Part shown: in pieces, positions 13,141 through 24,994 of the stretch
Layout of the letters: every line of letters starts with the position of its first letter
Numbering within the stretch: the stretch's first letter is position 1
Assembly: GCF_036365525.1 (NCBI RefSeq)
Contig: NC_090380.1
Coordinates: forward strand, 96,061,942-96,125,941
DNA length: 64,000 bases
Reading direction: 5' to 3'
Source of the DNA: Heterodontus francisci
Lineage: Eukaryota
Translations under genes and position numbers: made by a program
Notes under the pieces: generated by a model
What the model was told of the DNA's origin: nothing
Database searches by the model: none
Seen by the model: only the letters and a program-made list of their open reading frames with translations

Positions 13141-14735
13141 CAACAACAATTTGCATTTATCTACCATCTTTAATGTAGACAAATATCAGAAAAGGATCAG
13201 CATACAAAATGAATATTAGGCCAAAGAAAGAAATATTAGGTTTGGTGACCAAAAGCTTAGTGAAAAAATGGTTTTTAGGAGGAGAGGGACATGGAGAGGT
13301 GGAGGGGTTTATTGAGGAATTTCCAGAACAACAGGCCTAGACGACTGAAGGCACAGTGTTAGTGGTGGGGTGAAGGGAAGAAGGAAGTAAAAAACAAGGG
13401 TCAGAGGAATAGAAAGCTTTCGGGAGTTGCAAAGCTAGAGGAGGTAACAGGGATACAGCGAGAAAGGTAATGAAGGGATTTAAACACGATGATGACAATT
13501 TAACGTTGGAGGCATTGGTGGACTGGGAGGACATATCGTCAGTGAGCATAGGGTGGCTGATGGGTGAGTGGGAGTCGATGTGGGTTAGATACGGGCAGCA
13601 GAGCTTTGGATGAGCTGAAGCTCATGGAGGGAAAAGGATGGGATGCTGGCCACAAGAACAGTGGACTATTCAACTCTGGAGGTGACAAAAGCATGGATGA
13701 GGCAGATAGGTTGAGTGGCAGGTAGGTTGAGACAGGACGGAGGTGGGGGAGGTTACAGAGGTGGAAGTTGGCGGGCTTTGTGATGGAGAGGGTGGAAAAT
13801 TGAGATTGCAGACTGTTTGGTTCAGCCCTCATACAGTAGATGGGGAGGAAAATGGGAATCAATGACAGGGCACAGAGTTGCTGTGGGGACCCAAGGTGAT
13901 GGTGTTTAAGAGGAAGAAATTGTGGCTCATTCAAGAATGGATACTGGACAAGCAGTCTGACAAAACATAGGCTGCGGGGATGGGGAGGCCAAGAGAGGTG
14001 GTGGAGACATAGATCAGTGTCAGAACATACATGTGGAATCTCACCTCATGTCTGCAGATGCTATCACTACGGGGTATAATGAACCTGATGCTTGGTGGCA
14101 TTTGGAAGTAATGGGGAGATGATGGTGTAGTGGTAATGTCACTGGCCTAGTAATTCACAGGCCCAGGCTAATGTCCTGGGGATGTGGGTTCAAATCCCAC
14201 CGTGGTAGCTGATGGAATTTAAATTCAATTAATTAATTTAAAACATCTGAATTGAAAGCTAGTCTCTATCATTGATTGGTGTAAAAACCCATCTGGTTCA
14301 CCAATCTCCTTTAGAGAAGGAAATCTGCTGTCCTTGCCTGATCTGGCCTACATGTGACTCCAGACCCACAACAATTTGGTTGACTCTTAACTGCCCTCTG
14401 AAATGGCCTAGCAAGCCACTCAGTTGTCAACAAGGGCAATTTGGGTTGGGCACACAAATGCTGGCGATGCCCACATCCCATGAAAGAATGAGGGCAGGAA
14501 GAGAACCCATTCTAGCTATGTTTGGATAAGCATGAGTGAGAGCAAGCAAGAATACTGCCACTGAGCTGGACAACAGATGAAAGGAGGAGGATGGTGTCAT
14601 CGACCATCTCAAAAGCTGCCCAGCGGTTAAGGAGGGATAATGTGTAATGGTCAGCCACAAAAGATGTTATTTACAACTGTTTAGAGCTTTTTCAGTGCTG
14701 AAGCAAGGATCGAAACCTAAGCGGAGAGGTTCAAA
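13141..14735 (-). mobile_element. L2 LINE fragment interrupted by the SINE at 14113-14490
   Basis: The L2 3' end (caacaacaatttgcattta) is at 13141; L2-like sequence resumes after the SINE and is similar to 2040-3235. Confidence 0.7.
14113..14490 (+). mobile_element. tRNA-derived SINE made of the 5' leader plus 3' tail of the tRNA-headed LINE
   Basis: A box tggtgtagtgg and B box ggttcaaatcc; body matches the reverse complement of 43443-43765; tail caagggcaatt...cccacatcccatgaa matches the LINE 3' end. Confidence 0.88.
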
Positions 14736-15059
14736 TCTCCAATACCTCGACCAAGTGTTTTTTTCCTTCATGTGTGATCCTAAACTGTGCTATTGGTCTA
14801 TAAAGTTTTTCGCAGCTGAACCATAATTCTGTTGTCACCTTGCATCATATATGCAGCTTTTCTAGGTGTGGTTATTACATAGCAGTTAAAAGTAGGAGAT
14901 TTAACTTGCTTCCTCCCCAGTCTGGGATACAAAGGTCGGGTGTAGCACTATTGGCACTGGTGGGAGGAAGATTTCCTTTTGTGCTAGGTGATGAAATTAT
15001 ACACATGTTCTTTATAAATATATTTATGAACTTGCTGCAGAAGAAATCTTACTCCATAG

Positions 15060-15870
15060 TGTTGTGACCAGGTGAGAAAGAAGTCTAGGGTTCCCTTTCA
15101 TCCTTCACCTGGTCTTACCATAACAGGGCTTAATTTTAAACACACCGTGTTTTTTAGCTCCCCCTTGGTGAATCCTTGTTCACCGCTTTCCAATTATAAG
15201 GCAAAGAAACCAGCGCAAACAGGCTTTCTTAGGTTTAAAGAAGAAAAGTTGAAATTTATTAAACTTAAACTCTAATTTGGGTGACACCTACAGATACATG
15301 ACATGCATACGGGATACACAGAGCAGAAGAAATAAAGTGGAAAAGTTTGAGGCAATATCTGAAGAGTTGTTACGGTTTTCGAGCTCACTAGAGTCCTTGA
15401 TTGTAGGTAGATCTTGTTTTTCGTTGGGCCCAGCTTTCTTCTTAAACCTTGTTTGCTGTAAGAGACTTCTCTCTCTTGGGGTTCGTGTGTCTTCAGTGGA
15501 TTCAGAGGCTTGTGAGAAACCTGCCCAACCTGTTTGTACAAATTCAAAAAACTCAAGTTGCCCAGCAGGTTAGTCATGTGACTAGCTGGTTTGACCATGT
15601 CTGTTTGTGTATTCAGCCATCTTAGCAGTCAACCTGGAATGCAAGCTTCCCCACCTTCAACGTCTGGTGATCAAAAGTCCATTGTGGGTTGAATGTCAGG
15701 GAATGGCTGCTTTGTCCTTCCAAACACCGTCTGTTAATATGCAAATGTCTTTTCCAGCCACGGCTGATCTGTTTTAACAAGTCCCTTCTTAACTCCAGTA
15801 ACAGTTTAAATCAATGTTCATGACAAAATTAATGTGCCTCATTCTTGGCAGGTGGGAGCCTAGCGTGACA
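15060..15870 (-). mobile_element. Solo LTR of the Gypsy family at 49686-55433
   Basis: TGTTG...TGACA termini, 4-bp TSD ATAG, colinear similarity to 49686-50506. Confidence 0.9.
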
Positions 15871-15944
15871 ATAGATTCTGAAATAATAAAGTGTATTATA
15901 AACAGCAGAAGAATTATCATGGCCTGCATAAGTTCAAGTACTTT

Positions 15945-16105
15945 TATTAGCCAAGATTGATGGAGTTAAGGGATAAACCTTGGCTGGGCACCAGGGAAAA
16001 GTCCCCTACTCCTCATTGAAATAGTGCCATGAGATCTTTTACATCCACCTGAGAGGCCAGATAGGAGCTTGGTTTAACTGCCCACAGTGCAGCACTCCCT
16101 CAGAT
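15945..16105 (-). mobile_element. Deu-domain SINE fragment
   Basis: atagtgccatgagatcttttacatccacctgagaggccaga is the reverse complement of the core at 17060-17140. Confidence 0.7.
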
Positions 16106-16112
16106 TCTACCC

Positions 16113-16215
16113 AGAGTTCCGAAGAAGGGTGGCTGACCCGAAACGTTAACTCTGCTTCTCTTTCCACAGATGCTGCCAGACCTGCTGAGTGATTCCAGCA
16201 TTTCTTGTTTTTGTA
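16113..16215 (+). mobile_element. Penelope terminal-repeat fragment with hammerhead-like core
   Basis: gttccgaagaagggtggctgacccgaaacgttaactctgcttctctttccacagatgctgcc is near-identical to 32337-32430. Confidence 0.8.
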
Positions 16216-16389
16216 GCAATTTTCATTGCTTGGCATGTTGAGTAATACTGGCCCATTCACTTGGGTTAGAGGCAAATTTAAATGCTAAACCTTCAGTAAT
16301 TGTAAGATCACATAGACCACCATAGCTAAAGTGTTCAGGACCCCAATTCACTGGCTTAAACATCCAATTCAGCCACCCTTGTGGCTGGA

Positions 16390-16720
16390 ATATGCACTAC
16401 CTACAGAATGCACTGCAGCAAGTCGCCAAGGCTTCTCCAGTAGAACCACCCAAACCCATGACGTCCACCACCTTGAGGGACAAGGGCAGCAGGTGCAAGG
16501 GAACAGCATCACCTCTAAGTTCCCATCCAAGGCACATAGCATCCTGGTATGGACATATATCACTGTTCTTTCATTGTTACTAATAGCATTGTGTAAGCAT
16601 CTTCACTACTTGGACTGCAGCAGCTTAAGAAGAAGGCACACCACAACCTTCTCAAGGCAACTAGGGATGGGATATAAATGCCAGCCTTGCCAATGGCACC
16701 CACATCCTGAGAAGAAATAA
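16390..16720 (+). mobile_element. Older 3' fragment of the tRNA-headed LINE family
   Basis: Degenerate SKFPSKAHSILVWTYI and the tail ctcaaggcaactagggatgggatataaatgccagcc...cccacatcc. Confidence 0.75.
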
Positions 16721-16924
16721 AACTATCTCGAGGATTCAAGTAGGTTCTGCTTCACTTTAATTGACAGAAGTTTTCCTGCTTGTAATAAACAAATAAATTC
16801 TAATTAAGATTTGGCAGATAAAATTACATGTTCTAATTATTCAGTTTGTTCCTTAATTACTTTGACCCATTTGGTTATTCAGATCTAAAAAAAAACCTAA
16901 TCAAATACCACGAAGGGAGAAAAC

Positions 16925-17290
16925 TGTCAGCTGTGGCTCAGTTGGTAGCACTCACCTCTGAATCAGAAGGGTGTGGCTTTAAGTTCCATTCCAGAGATTT
17001 GGACACAAAAATCCAGGCTGACACCCTAATCCAGTCTGAGGGAGTGCTCCACTGTTGGGGGTACCATCTTTCAGATGAGATGTTAAACTGAGGCTCTGTC
17101 TCCTCTCTCAAGTGGAGTGAAAGATCCCATGGCACTACTTTGAAATTTCCTGGCCAATATTTATCTCTCAATCAATGTAACAAAAAATAGATTATCGGAT
17201 CATTATCACATTGTTGTTTGTGGGAGCTTTTTGTGTGCAAATTAGTTGCCACGTTTCCTACATTCTAAAAGTGACTACACTTCAAAAGTA
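16925..17290 (+). mobile_element. tRNA-headed Deu-domain SINE (SacSINE1/AmnSINE-like)
   Basis: A box gtggctcagttgg; core gatgagatgttaaactgagg...aagatcccatggcact...ggccaatatttatc...gtttgtgggagc, recognised from memory as the Deu domain. Confidence 0.75.
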
Positions 17291-19129
17291 AAGACAACGT
17301 GTAGTGTTAAAATAAAGAAACTCTGAGTGGCTAGAGATGGACAGCTTTGAATAAAAATTCCACAATGTCACGTTATAAGCAGTTTTTAAATAGAATGAAA
17401 TAAAAATATTGAAATTATTTCATTGTGGTGGCTTGAGAAGAAATACTGGCACTGGCACCACACGCAGTTAAGTAGGTTTTCTCCCTTGGTGGTATCTGGT
17501 TTGAGATTTCCAGAATGACTGTCTATCCTTGATGGAAAGTACAATGCACTCTGTCTGTGTGCTCTTTACTTCTCTGATATTTGACAGTTGTTTCTATTCT
17601 ACTTACATATGTCACCGATATACCAAACATCTAATTAGATTAGACAGGATTATTAACTACATTTCATTATGATTGATCTTTTGAAGTTCCTGTGTTTTGT
17701 TTACTGTTTCTTTTGCCAAGATTCTCAATATTCAAAGCTACAAAATTACGTACAATTTTCACACAAAAAACAAAGATCATGTGAGAAATACTGTTTTGTG
17801 GCACAGCAGTTTAAGGAATGCCAGTTATGACAGATGTCAGTGTGCTACCAAGCAAATTGCTGTCATATATTTATTCATGGAGAAATGCAAAAGGCTTATT
17901 AGCTGAACTCAAAAACATTATTCTTCATTGATGTTTATTTTACATCAGTGCCTAAGTGGCGTGACTGGCATACAAAGATATTATTTAGTGTTACATTCAC
18001 TTGATATTCAGCTGTCGTTGTTTGTGATGCTTTGTTGCCTCAGGTAATTATGTCTGACGTCTGCTGTCTAGAGTTCTTGATAAGTGTGTGCATGCATAAA
18101 TTCTGACAGGATATCATGGGTCTGGTTAGCTAATTAAGTCATGCTTCTTTATCGTTGTGTATAATGGATGAACCCACGCTCATCTGTCAAAGGATGAAAA
18201 AGTTATCACAATTTTAATTTATCGATGCCAACCTGTATGACTACATTTCTTCACTCTAAGTGAATAGCAGCAAAATATCTCAGAATGCTAAATAACAACA
18301 TACTGCCATATAGCAAGCCATTAAGATAATACTGAACTATGTTTATTTTGATTAGGAACAAACAGAAACTCCTGCTACAGGAAACATACATTTGATGTTG
18401 TACAGAATTTAAACTGCAACATGCTAAATTCTACCTTGAAATTTTTTGTGGAGAGTAATGGGTACCAAAGAGCAAAGTCCTTCGTTCAAGACACCACAAA
18501 GCCTGAAGAGAGAAAAGATAAATCAAGGCAGAGTGATTAAGTGACTCCAAACATGGGCTTTTAAGAAGATACCTGTTGTGAGAGTATGGGAAAGCCAAAA
18601 AAGCAAAAGACTTCATAGTGCTGAGGTCCTGGGAAAGAATGAGAGATGCCATGAGTCACAGTTTCAACTCAGTCAAGTTGTGGGAAAGAGGAAGAGGGTG
18701 GAATAGTCAATCCATTCCATCTCTGCCCACTAATGGAAACAAACTAATTCACAGACCTTCAACAAATTGACTCAGTTCATGATAAGCACGCTAACTTTTT
18801 GAATTGTTGTTGTGCCAATGAAAATCAAATGGTAGCAATGCAATCTGGAAATGCAGCAAAATAATTATTGGAAAGGGAAACAGTGGGAGTTGTGGCTATC
18901 TTGTTTGTTCTCACATAGCCAAACTGCTGATTCAGCTGACCTGGGAACAGGCACAACAGGTTGGCTTGAATTTGATTAATATTTTCACTGTATTCTTGCC
19001 AATATGTTGAGATATTTTTCTGTCCAACTTAACCCATCTGTTGCATTCTGCTTCAATGTCAAAGATTAGCATTTGTTTCAGGATATATCAATGGCAATGG
19101 GGCACCACACAGACAAAATGGAATAGAGG

Positions 19130-20086
19130 TGATGTGACCCCTCCTGTACTGCCAATAAACACATCCGTCTGTTGAGGATGAAACTCATTAACCTCATTTG
19201 AATTAGCTCTGGGGAGAACCCATTGAAATTGAAAGGAGCCCATTACATATTGATGATTTCTATCTACAAGAATTCTGTAGACAGATTGACAGTCCAAACC
19301 AAGATGAATAGGTGTGAAGTAATACTGTTGTAACAGAATGGTCCCCATCTAGATGCCAACAGATAGCAATGGTTTCCATATCCTGGACTATTGTGTGGTC
19401 ACACAAGGGGATTGGGCCCTTTGTCACCTGACCAAGACTGAAATATGATGGATTTTTACCGTGGAAGGTAGTCCTCTGGAGAGACAGGGGAGATCAAACA
19501 AAGACCACAAAAAGCCAATTCCAGCCCGAGGCTGTGAGATGCAGTCTAGCTAAGCAGTAATACCCCACTGAATAACAACTTGACCAACCACTGCAGCAGA
19601 GAAATTGCAAGGTGACTTTGAGACACTCCATCTGTGAAAGTAAACCAGATTCACACCACCAGCTTTGGGCTGAGTTTTACAAAAGACTACAAAACTTCAG
19701 CAACCTCAAGACAATGAACATTCAGGCCTGCAACACTGTTCTAAAATTTCCTCCCGAAAGAAACTTTGAAGGCTCTTTAAGCAACGGACTCTTGTACAAT
19801 AATTTGGACTTTAATTGCATCCTACCCTTTTCCCTCTATCTATCTATTCTTGTGTATGCATGGGCGTGTGAATGTGTGTGTGGGTGAGGTTGCAACCATT
19901 TTGAGAATTATTTTAAAATAGTTATCTTTCTTTTTTTAACCTATGAAAAAACATGTCGATTGTCTGTTTATTTGACCCTAAAAACACTCAGGGGTTAACA
20001 CACCATTTTAAACAAAACATTATCTGTGGTCAGTTAGGAGGTGAAAGGTAGAAGCCACCCACACCACTTACCACCTGTCTGTAATA
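19130..20086 (+). mobile_element. Possible degraded solo LTR
   Basis: tgatgtgacc...ctgtaata termini and a layout similar to 20352-21387; no clean TSD. Confidence 0.35.
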
Positions 20087-20351
20087 ATGGTGTCTGTATA
20101 AAGTGTGTCAGTAATCATTAAATTACAGAAAATAATCCTTTGACTCATGTGAGGCTGTATCTAAGGCCGCTTATTGACCATAGCTTATAGCTTCCTAATG
20201 GTAATTTTGCTCAGTTGAGACAATTTTTCTCTTATGTTCATGGGTAGGATGGCTTACAGTTTCATACATTGGAAATTTGATTGATTGAAGTTGTTTGCAA
20301 GGTTCTGGTCTCAGTTTGTGTTTTTAGGGTCTTCTGCTCACATATGAGAGC

Positions 20352-21387
20352 TGTTATGAAATCCCCACATGACCAAATAGGAAATATTAATTTCTTCGAT
20401 TGGAACTTTGCCTGAGGCTTTTACTGGAAATTGTTACAAATAACTTTTTAAAAAGAAAAGTTAGCAGCCAAGATGGCGACGGCAATTTGCACATGAATCA
20501 TCAACAGAGCAGACTGGAGACAAACATGATTGACTCAACCTAGCCAGAACAATGGGGTGCTCTCTGATTCAATTACCTGAGATGGCCTTATCAATGCGGT
20601 CGTTAAGAGCCATTGACACCCATTGACTCTGAAAGAGCCAACACCCCCACCCAGTGTGACTGGAGAGCCTGAGGGGAGAGCCTTGGATCTCAGAGAACAT
20701 TACAGAAGAACCTCATTAAAACACAAAGAGGTGGTTCAGTTATGTGACTGCTTGTGCAACTCTGGGAGATTGTGAGATGTGACTCAGAAAACAGACAGTA
20801 ACAGAAAAGCCATCCACAGAACAGCTCTCGTTCTCTCCCTCTCTCCAGTAAAGATCCAGAGTAGCCTCAGCAGCAGCTGGTAAAGCTAGGTCTATAAACC
20901 ACCAGAAACAACAAGGGTCAAAACCCCCTCTTCAGCCTTCCAGAGCCTGAGAAGCAAGCTCGAACCATGCACAAGGCCCAGCGAGGACTTCAGGACTACA
21001 ATTTCAACTAAGAACTCTGGGACTGCTGAACTCTATTTAAATTCCACTTATTACAGGCACTACTCCAACCACCCAACTCTGTCTTCCCTCTGTAATCTAT
21101 TTGAATGTGTGTGTCTCTCGTGTGAATGTGGGTGTGAATGTTTAAAGTATTTTAGTAATACTAACTGGTTTAGAGTGTTAAGGATAATAAACTTTCATCT
21201 TTCTTGTTTAAACCCAAGAAAACTTGTCTGATTGGTTCATTTGCAATTATATTAGAGGAACAGAGCAAGCACTCACCTGAGGTGGTAAGTTCAATCACTG
21301 TATTAAAAAAGGATAATCCCTGTTTCGGTCAAACCAGAGAAGGGGCGAAAGGGGAGTCTGAGACCCCCTCTTCACCTGGTCGTAACC
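20352..21387 (+). mobile_element. Solo LTR related to the Gypsy family, in opposite orientation
   Basis: Starts TGTTATG and ends ttcacctggtcgtaac (reverse complement of the family terminus); flanks gagc/aagc; TATAAA near 20893 and AATAAA near 21186. Confidence 0.7.
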
Positions 21388-21639
21388 AAGCACCTTATGG
21401 AAAAGACAGAGAGAGGGAAGTAAAGCGTAACAGAAAGACAAAATCCAAGTGCCATACAACAAGCACAGAGGTTGCCTGGTGCCAACCAGCTTTGCAGCTA
21501 TCCCATAAAAACAGAGGATTTATTTCATTTTGAACTGTTGGAAACTCTTGACTTCTGTAGATAATGGTTTCAATCTTGTATAGCTTTATCTTTTGCATTT
21601 TTAAGAAATGCTTTATTTGCATATGCAAAGCACGCTTAA

Positions 21640-22420
21640 GTTTGCAGACAACATCAAATTGGTGCAAGGACCAATAATGCTGACCAATGAGCAACGATTT
21701 AACCGGGACTTGGACAGGTGAGTTTAATGGGAAAAGAGGTGACAGATGGAACTCAACACGCATAAGTATAAAATCATAAGATTAGATAGCAAATGTGAGA
21801 ATGTGAGGTAACAAAGCTGGACTTTTGGTGGATAGGTTGTTAAAACTCTTGATTCATTGTTAATAGAAAGTGAAATGTTGGAATATGCAATTACAGGTGA
21901 TGTTATATCTGGCCATGTTGAGGCCATATCTGAAGAGTTCAGTTACGATCTCCCTATTACAGGCAAAGTGGAGAATTATTTGAGTAGACGGGAGTACTAT
22001 GAAGTTAATTCCTGAAATTATCGGGCTTGAGTTATGAAGAAAGATTGTGTACCCTGGAACTTTACTGTCTGGAGCGGAGAAAGACGGACGTCTGCAGGTA
22101 TGGCGAATATGGATCTAGGAAAGTTCCTCTGGGCATAGGATTCAAATACTGGGAACACAGTTTCGAGTTCAGGGTGTCAAAGAAACGTAGACAATTTAGG
22201 CAACTCATTTTTAATAAGTGAGTGCCAGAATTGTGGAAGAGTTTACCATTAGAGGTACTGAACAGAAACTACAGTAGTTTTTTAAAAGGACTGGATAGAT
22301 TTCTGTGAAGCCAAGGCGATGGATTATTTTGCTCCAGAATTCGGTAAAGAACCTGTTTGGTTGTTTGGAACAGTAAGCTAGGTGAACCAATGGCTTTCTC
22401 ATGCCTATGTTACTATGACA
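21640..22420 (+). mobile_element. Old CR1 LINE fragment
   Basis: aagtttgcagacaacatcaaattgg (KFAD-like) and LSYEERLCTLELYCLERR. Confidence 0.7.
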
Positions 22421-24354
22421 TGGGCTATTTTCATGGCCTCAGTCGAAGGATCCCTTTCACAGTTGATGTAATGTTTCCATATTCTGGTATTTTCATAGTT
22501 ACTCAGAATAAGGTCATGCATTGAAAACTGAAAATAAACCAATAAACAGTAATCTGTAATTTGGAGGTAAGACACACTTGCGTGTTGAAATCAGTGGAAA
22601 GGTAAATCGGGCAGGTGTATACTGGGTAGCTAATCTGCTGCTGTCATCCCCACCAAAGTTACATTTCATACTCCTTGTCTATTCAGTATGATATATTCTG
22701 CAAACAACGTTGGGGTGGAAGTGAGATTTTTCCAAATACCTTTTATTTGATGTTACCTCTTAAGTGGTATTTAATGTGCTAACTTGCTAAGACTAAGTAC
22801 TTAAATTAATAGCATCCCTTATATCAGTTACATATATAATCTTTCATCAAGTTCAGGTCCATTGTACCTTAAAGTTTCACACTCATACATGTAAAGTATG
22901 TGTGACACTTGACATATTATTGACTTGAATATCACATTCAGAAATTTCACAACTGAACGGACGGGGAACTTATCAGTAAATAAATACTAAAGGATCTGAC
23001 AACTGCCAACCAAAAATTCAGAGGCAACAAATAGCTGTCATAAGACAAATAGCAAGAAGAAAGGGAACCAATGAAATTCTTTCAGTCACTATCTGGGATA
23101 TGATTTTAAAAATAAATCTTCTAAAAGAGTAAATATATTCTAAAAAATTAATTTGCAACAAAATCGTAAACTTGTCTACACAGCTGCTTTTTCTGTGCAC
23201 CCAAATGTCTTCAAAATTTCCTTCAGGAGGCGCACCCCTTTTTTAACCACCTGGGCCGTGCAAAGTCTCTTCAAAATCATCACTATGAGTACAGAGCCAC
23301 AACCAGTTAGCACATTACAAACTCCCAGAATACACCCGTGGTAGCGTGCAAGCACTCTGTGGATGCCAAATTAAGGCTGTCTGCTGTTAAGTTTAATAAA
23401 TGCCAGCACATTTTGGAATCGGGGAAGCACAAAGTAAGCAAGAGTGCTCATTTACAGCGCAGGCAATGACTTGCTGTTTGTAAACCATCATTTCCCCGCT
23501 ACCACAACCCAGCAGTGAAGGAAAACTGACGGCATTGCTAGGAGCAGTCAATATTTGAAGGTTGTTGTGAATGTTCTTGTTTAAAAGCACGAAACAATGG
23601 ACAGCAAGAACTTTAGAACTATAGCTGAGGTAACTGACAGAAAAAATCTGATTAAGTATATGCACAAGGGTGTATATAATTATAAAACAGGGCACAGCAA
23701 AAATAATATTTAATAAACATGAGCAAAACTGCAGCCCAGTAATAATAATTAGCAATAAATACAGACATCACACAACAATAATAGTATTGATATATTTGTT
23801 AATAATATAGTTAGAGCTGCAACCCCAAAGTTTTCCCTCCTTTCGTTTTCAATCCCAACCCAATCTTTAAGCCTCTCACTCTTTCCTAATGCAATGTCTG
23901 GTTTATTTATGCAAATACAGAAGATGGCACACACCCCAGCCCTCCTCACCCAGAGGGACAGAACATGATTTCTGTAGTTATCAGAAGTTTGCCACTCCAA
24001 TTCTGCTGTCAGATCTCCACAGTAGGTGAGAATATATAAATGAAAAATAAGAGAAAGACATATAGAAAAAAGGTTGAGATGCTCATAGAGTACCAAAAAC
24101 AAACAGAAAGATACGAAGTAAAAGATAGAAACTAAGAGACACATACAAAAGAGAGACAGAAGCAAAGAGAGACATACAAAGGGAGAGAAAGTAAGAAAAC
24201 GTTGGAGATGTATTTGCAGATAAACGGATAACATCAAAATATAAGACTGAAGAAGGGGAAGCAGGATGCAAAGTGGATGGTAAATAAAAGCAAAGGGAAA
24301 TAGAATGACTAATAATGATACAACAATAATAGTGCAGATGTGCTTTTTGGTATA

Positions 24355-24645
24355 AAGTGTCAGCTTGGTTTAGTGCAGTAATAGGGATTACTGCAGTGTG
24401 GGAGGTGCAGCCGTTCGGAATGAAGTGTTAAACAGAGGCCCTACCTGCACCTTCATATGGACATAAAAGATCCCGTGGCATTATCCTCCTTCAACCGACT
24501 TTACGATTCTCTATTTGTGGGAGCTTGCTGTTCATAAATTAGCTATTGTTTTTGCTCATATATCAATGGTGGCTGCATTGCAATCCATTGGATGTATAAT
24601 ACTTTGGGACTCCTGAGGATGTAATAATAGCTATAGAAGTACAAG
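24355..24645 (+). mobile_element. Deu-domain SINE (degraded)
   Basis: gtgttaaacagaggccc...aaaagatcccgtggca...tttgtgggagcttgctg...ctttgggac. Confidence 0.65.
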
Positions 24646-24994
24646 TTAATTCATACTGCATTCATCAACATTATAAAACAGCATATCCTCTGGCACAATG
24701 AGCGTTGTCTGGGGAGATCCACTTGCAATATTAAAATTTTAACTCTTTTTTAATTTCCCTTCCCTCTTTATCTCATATAGAGAACATTAAGAGAAGCAAT
24801 AATTTTCCCTTTAACTTTGTTAGCGAAGGAGCTTCCACTGCATGTTCCGGCAGTAATTTTCTCAATTTCATCTGTAAATAGCTGTCCTTTTATCATAAAT
24901 ATACAATGTATATGGACAGGATTTAATAGCTCACCATTGTATTTGCATCTATACCAGATATTGTATGAACAGTTGAACATTTCAGGGTGTCCTA

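Noticed and set aside
23749-24271. Hydrophobic 162-aa minus-strand ORF resembling a membrane protein
   Set aside because: It derives from GA-rich low-complexity sequence read as TC-rich codons.
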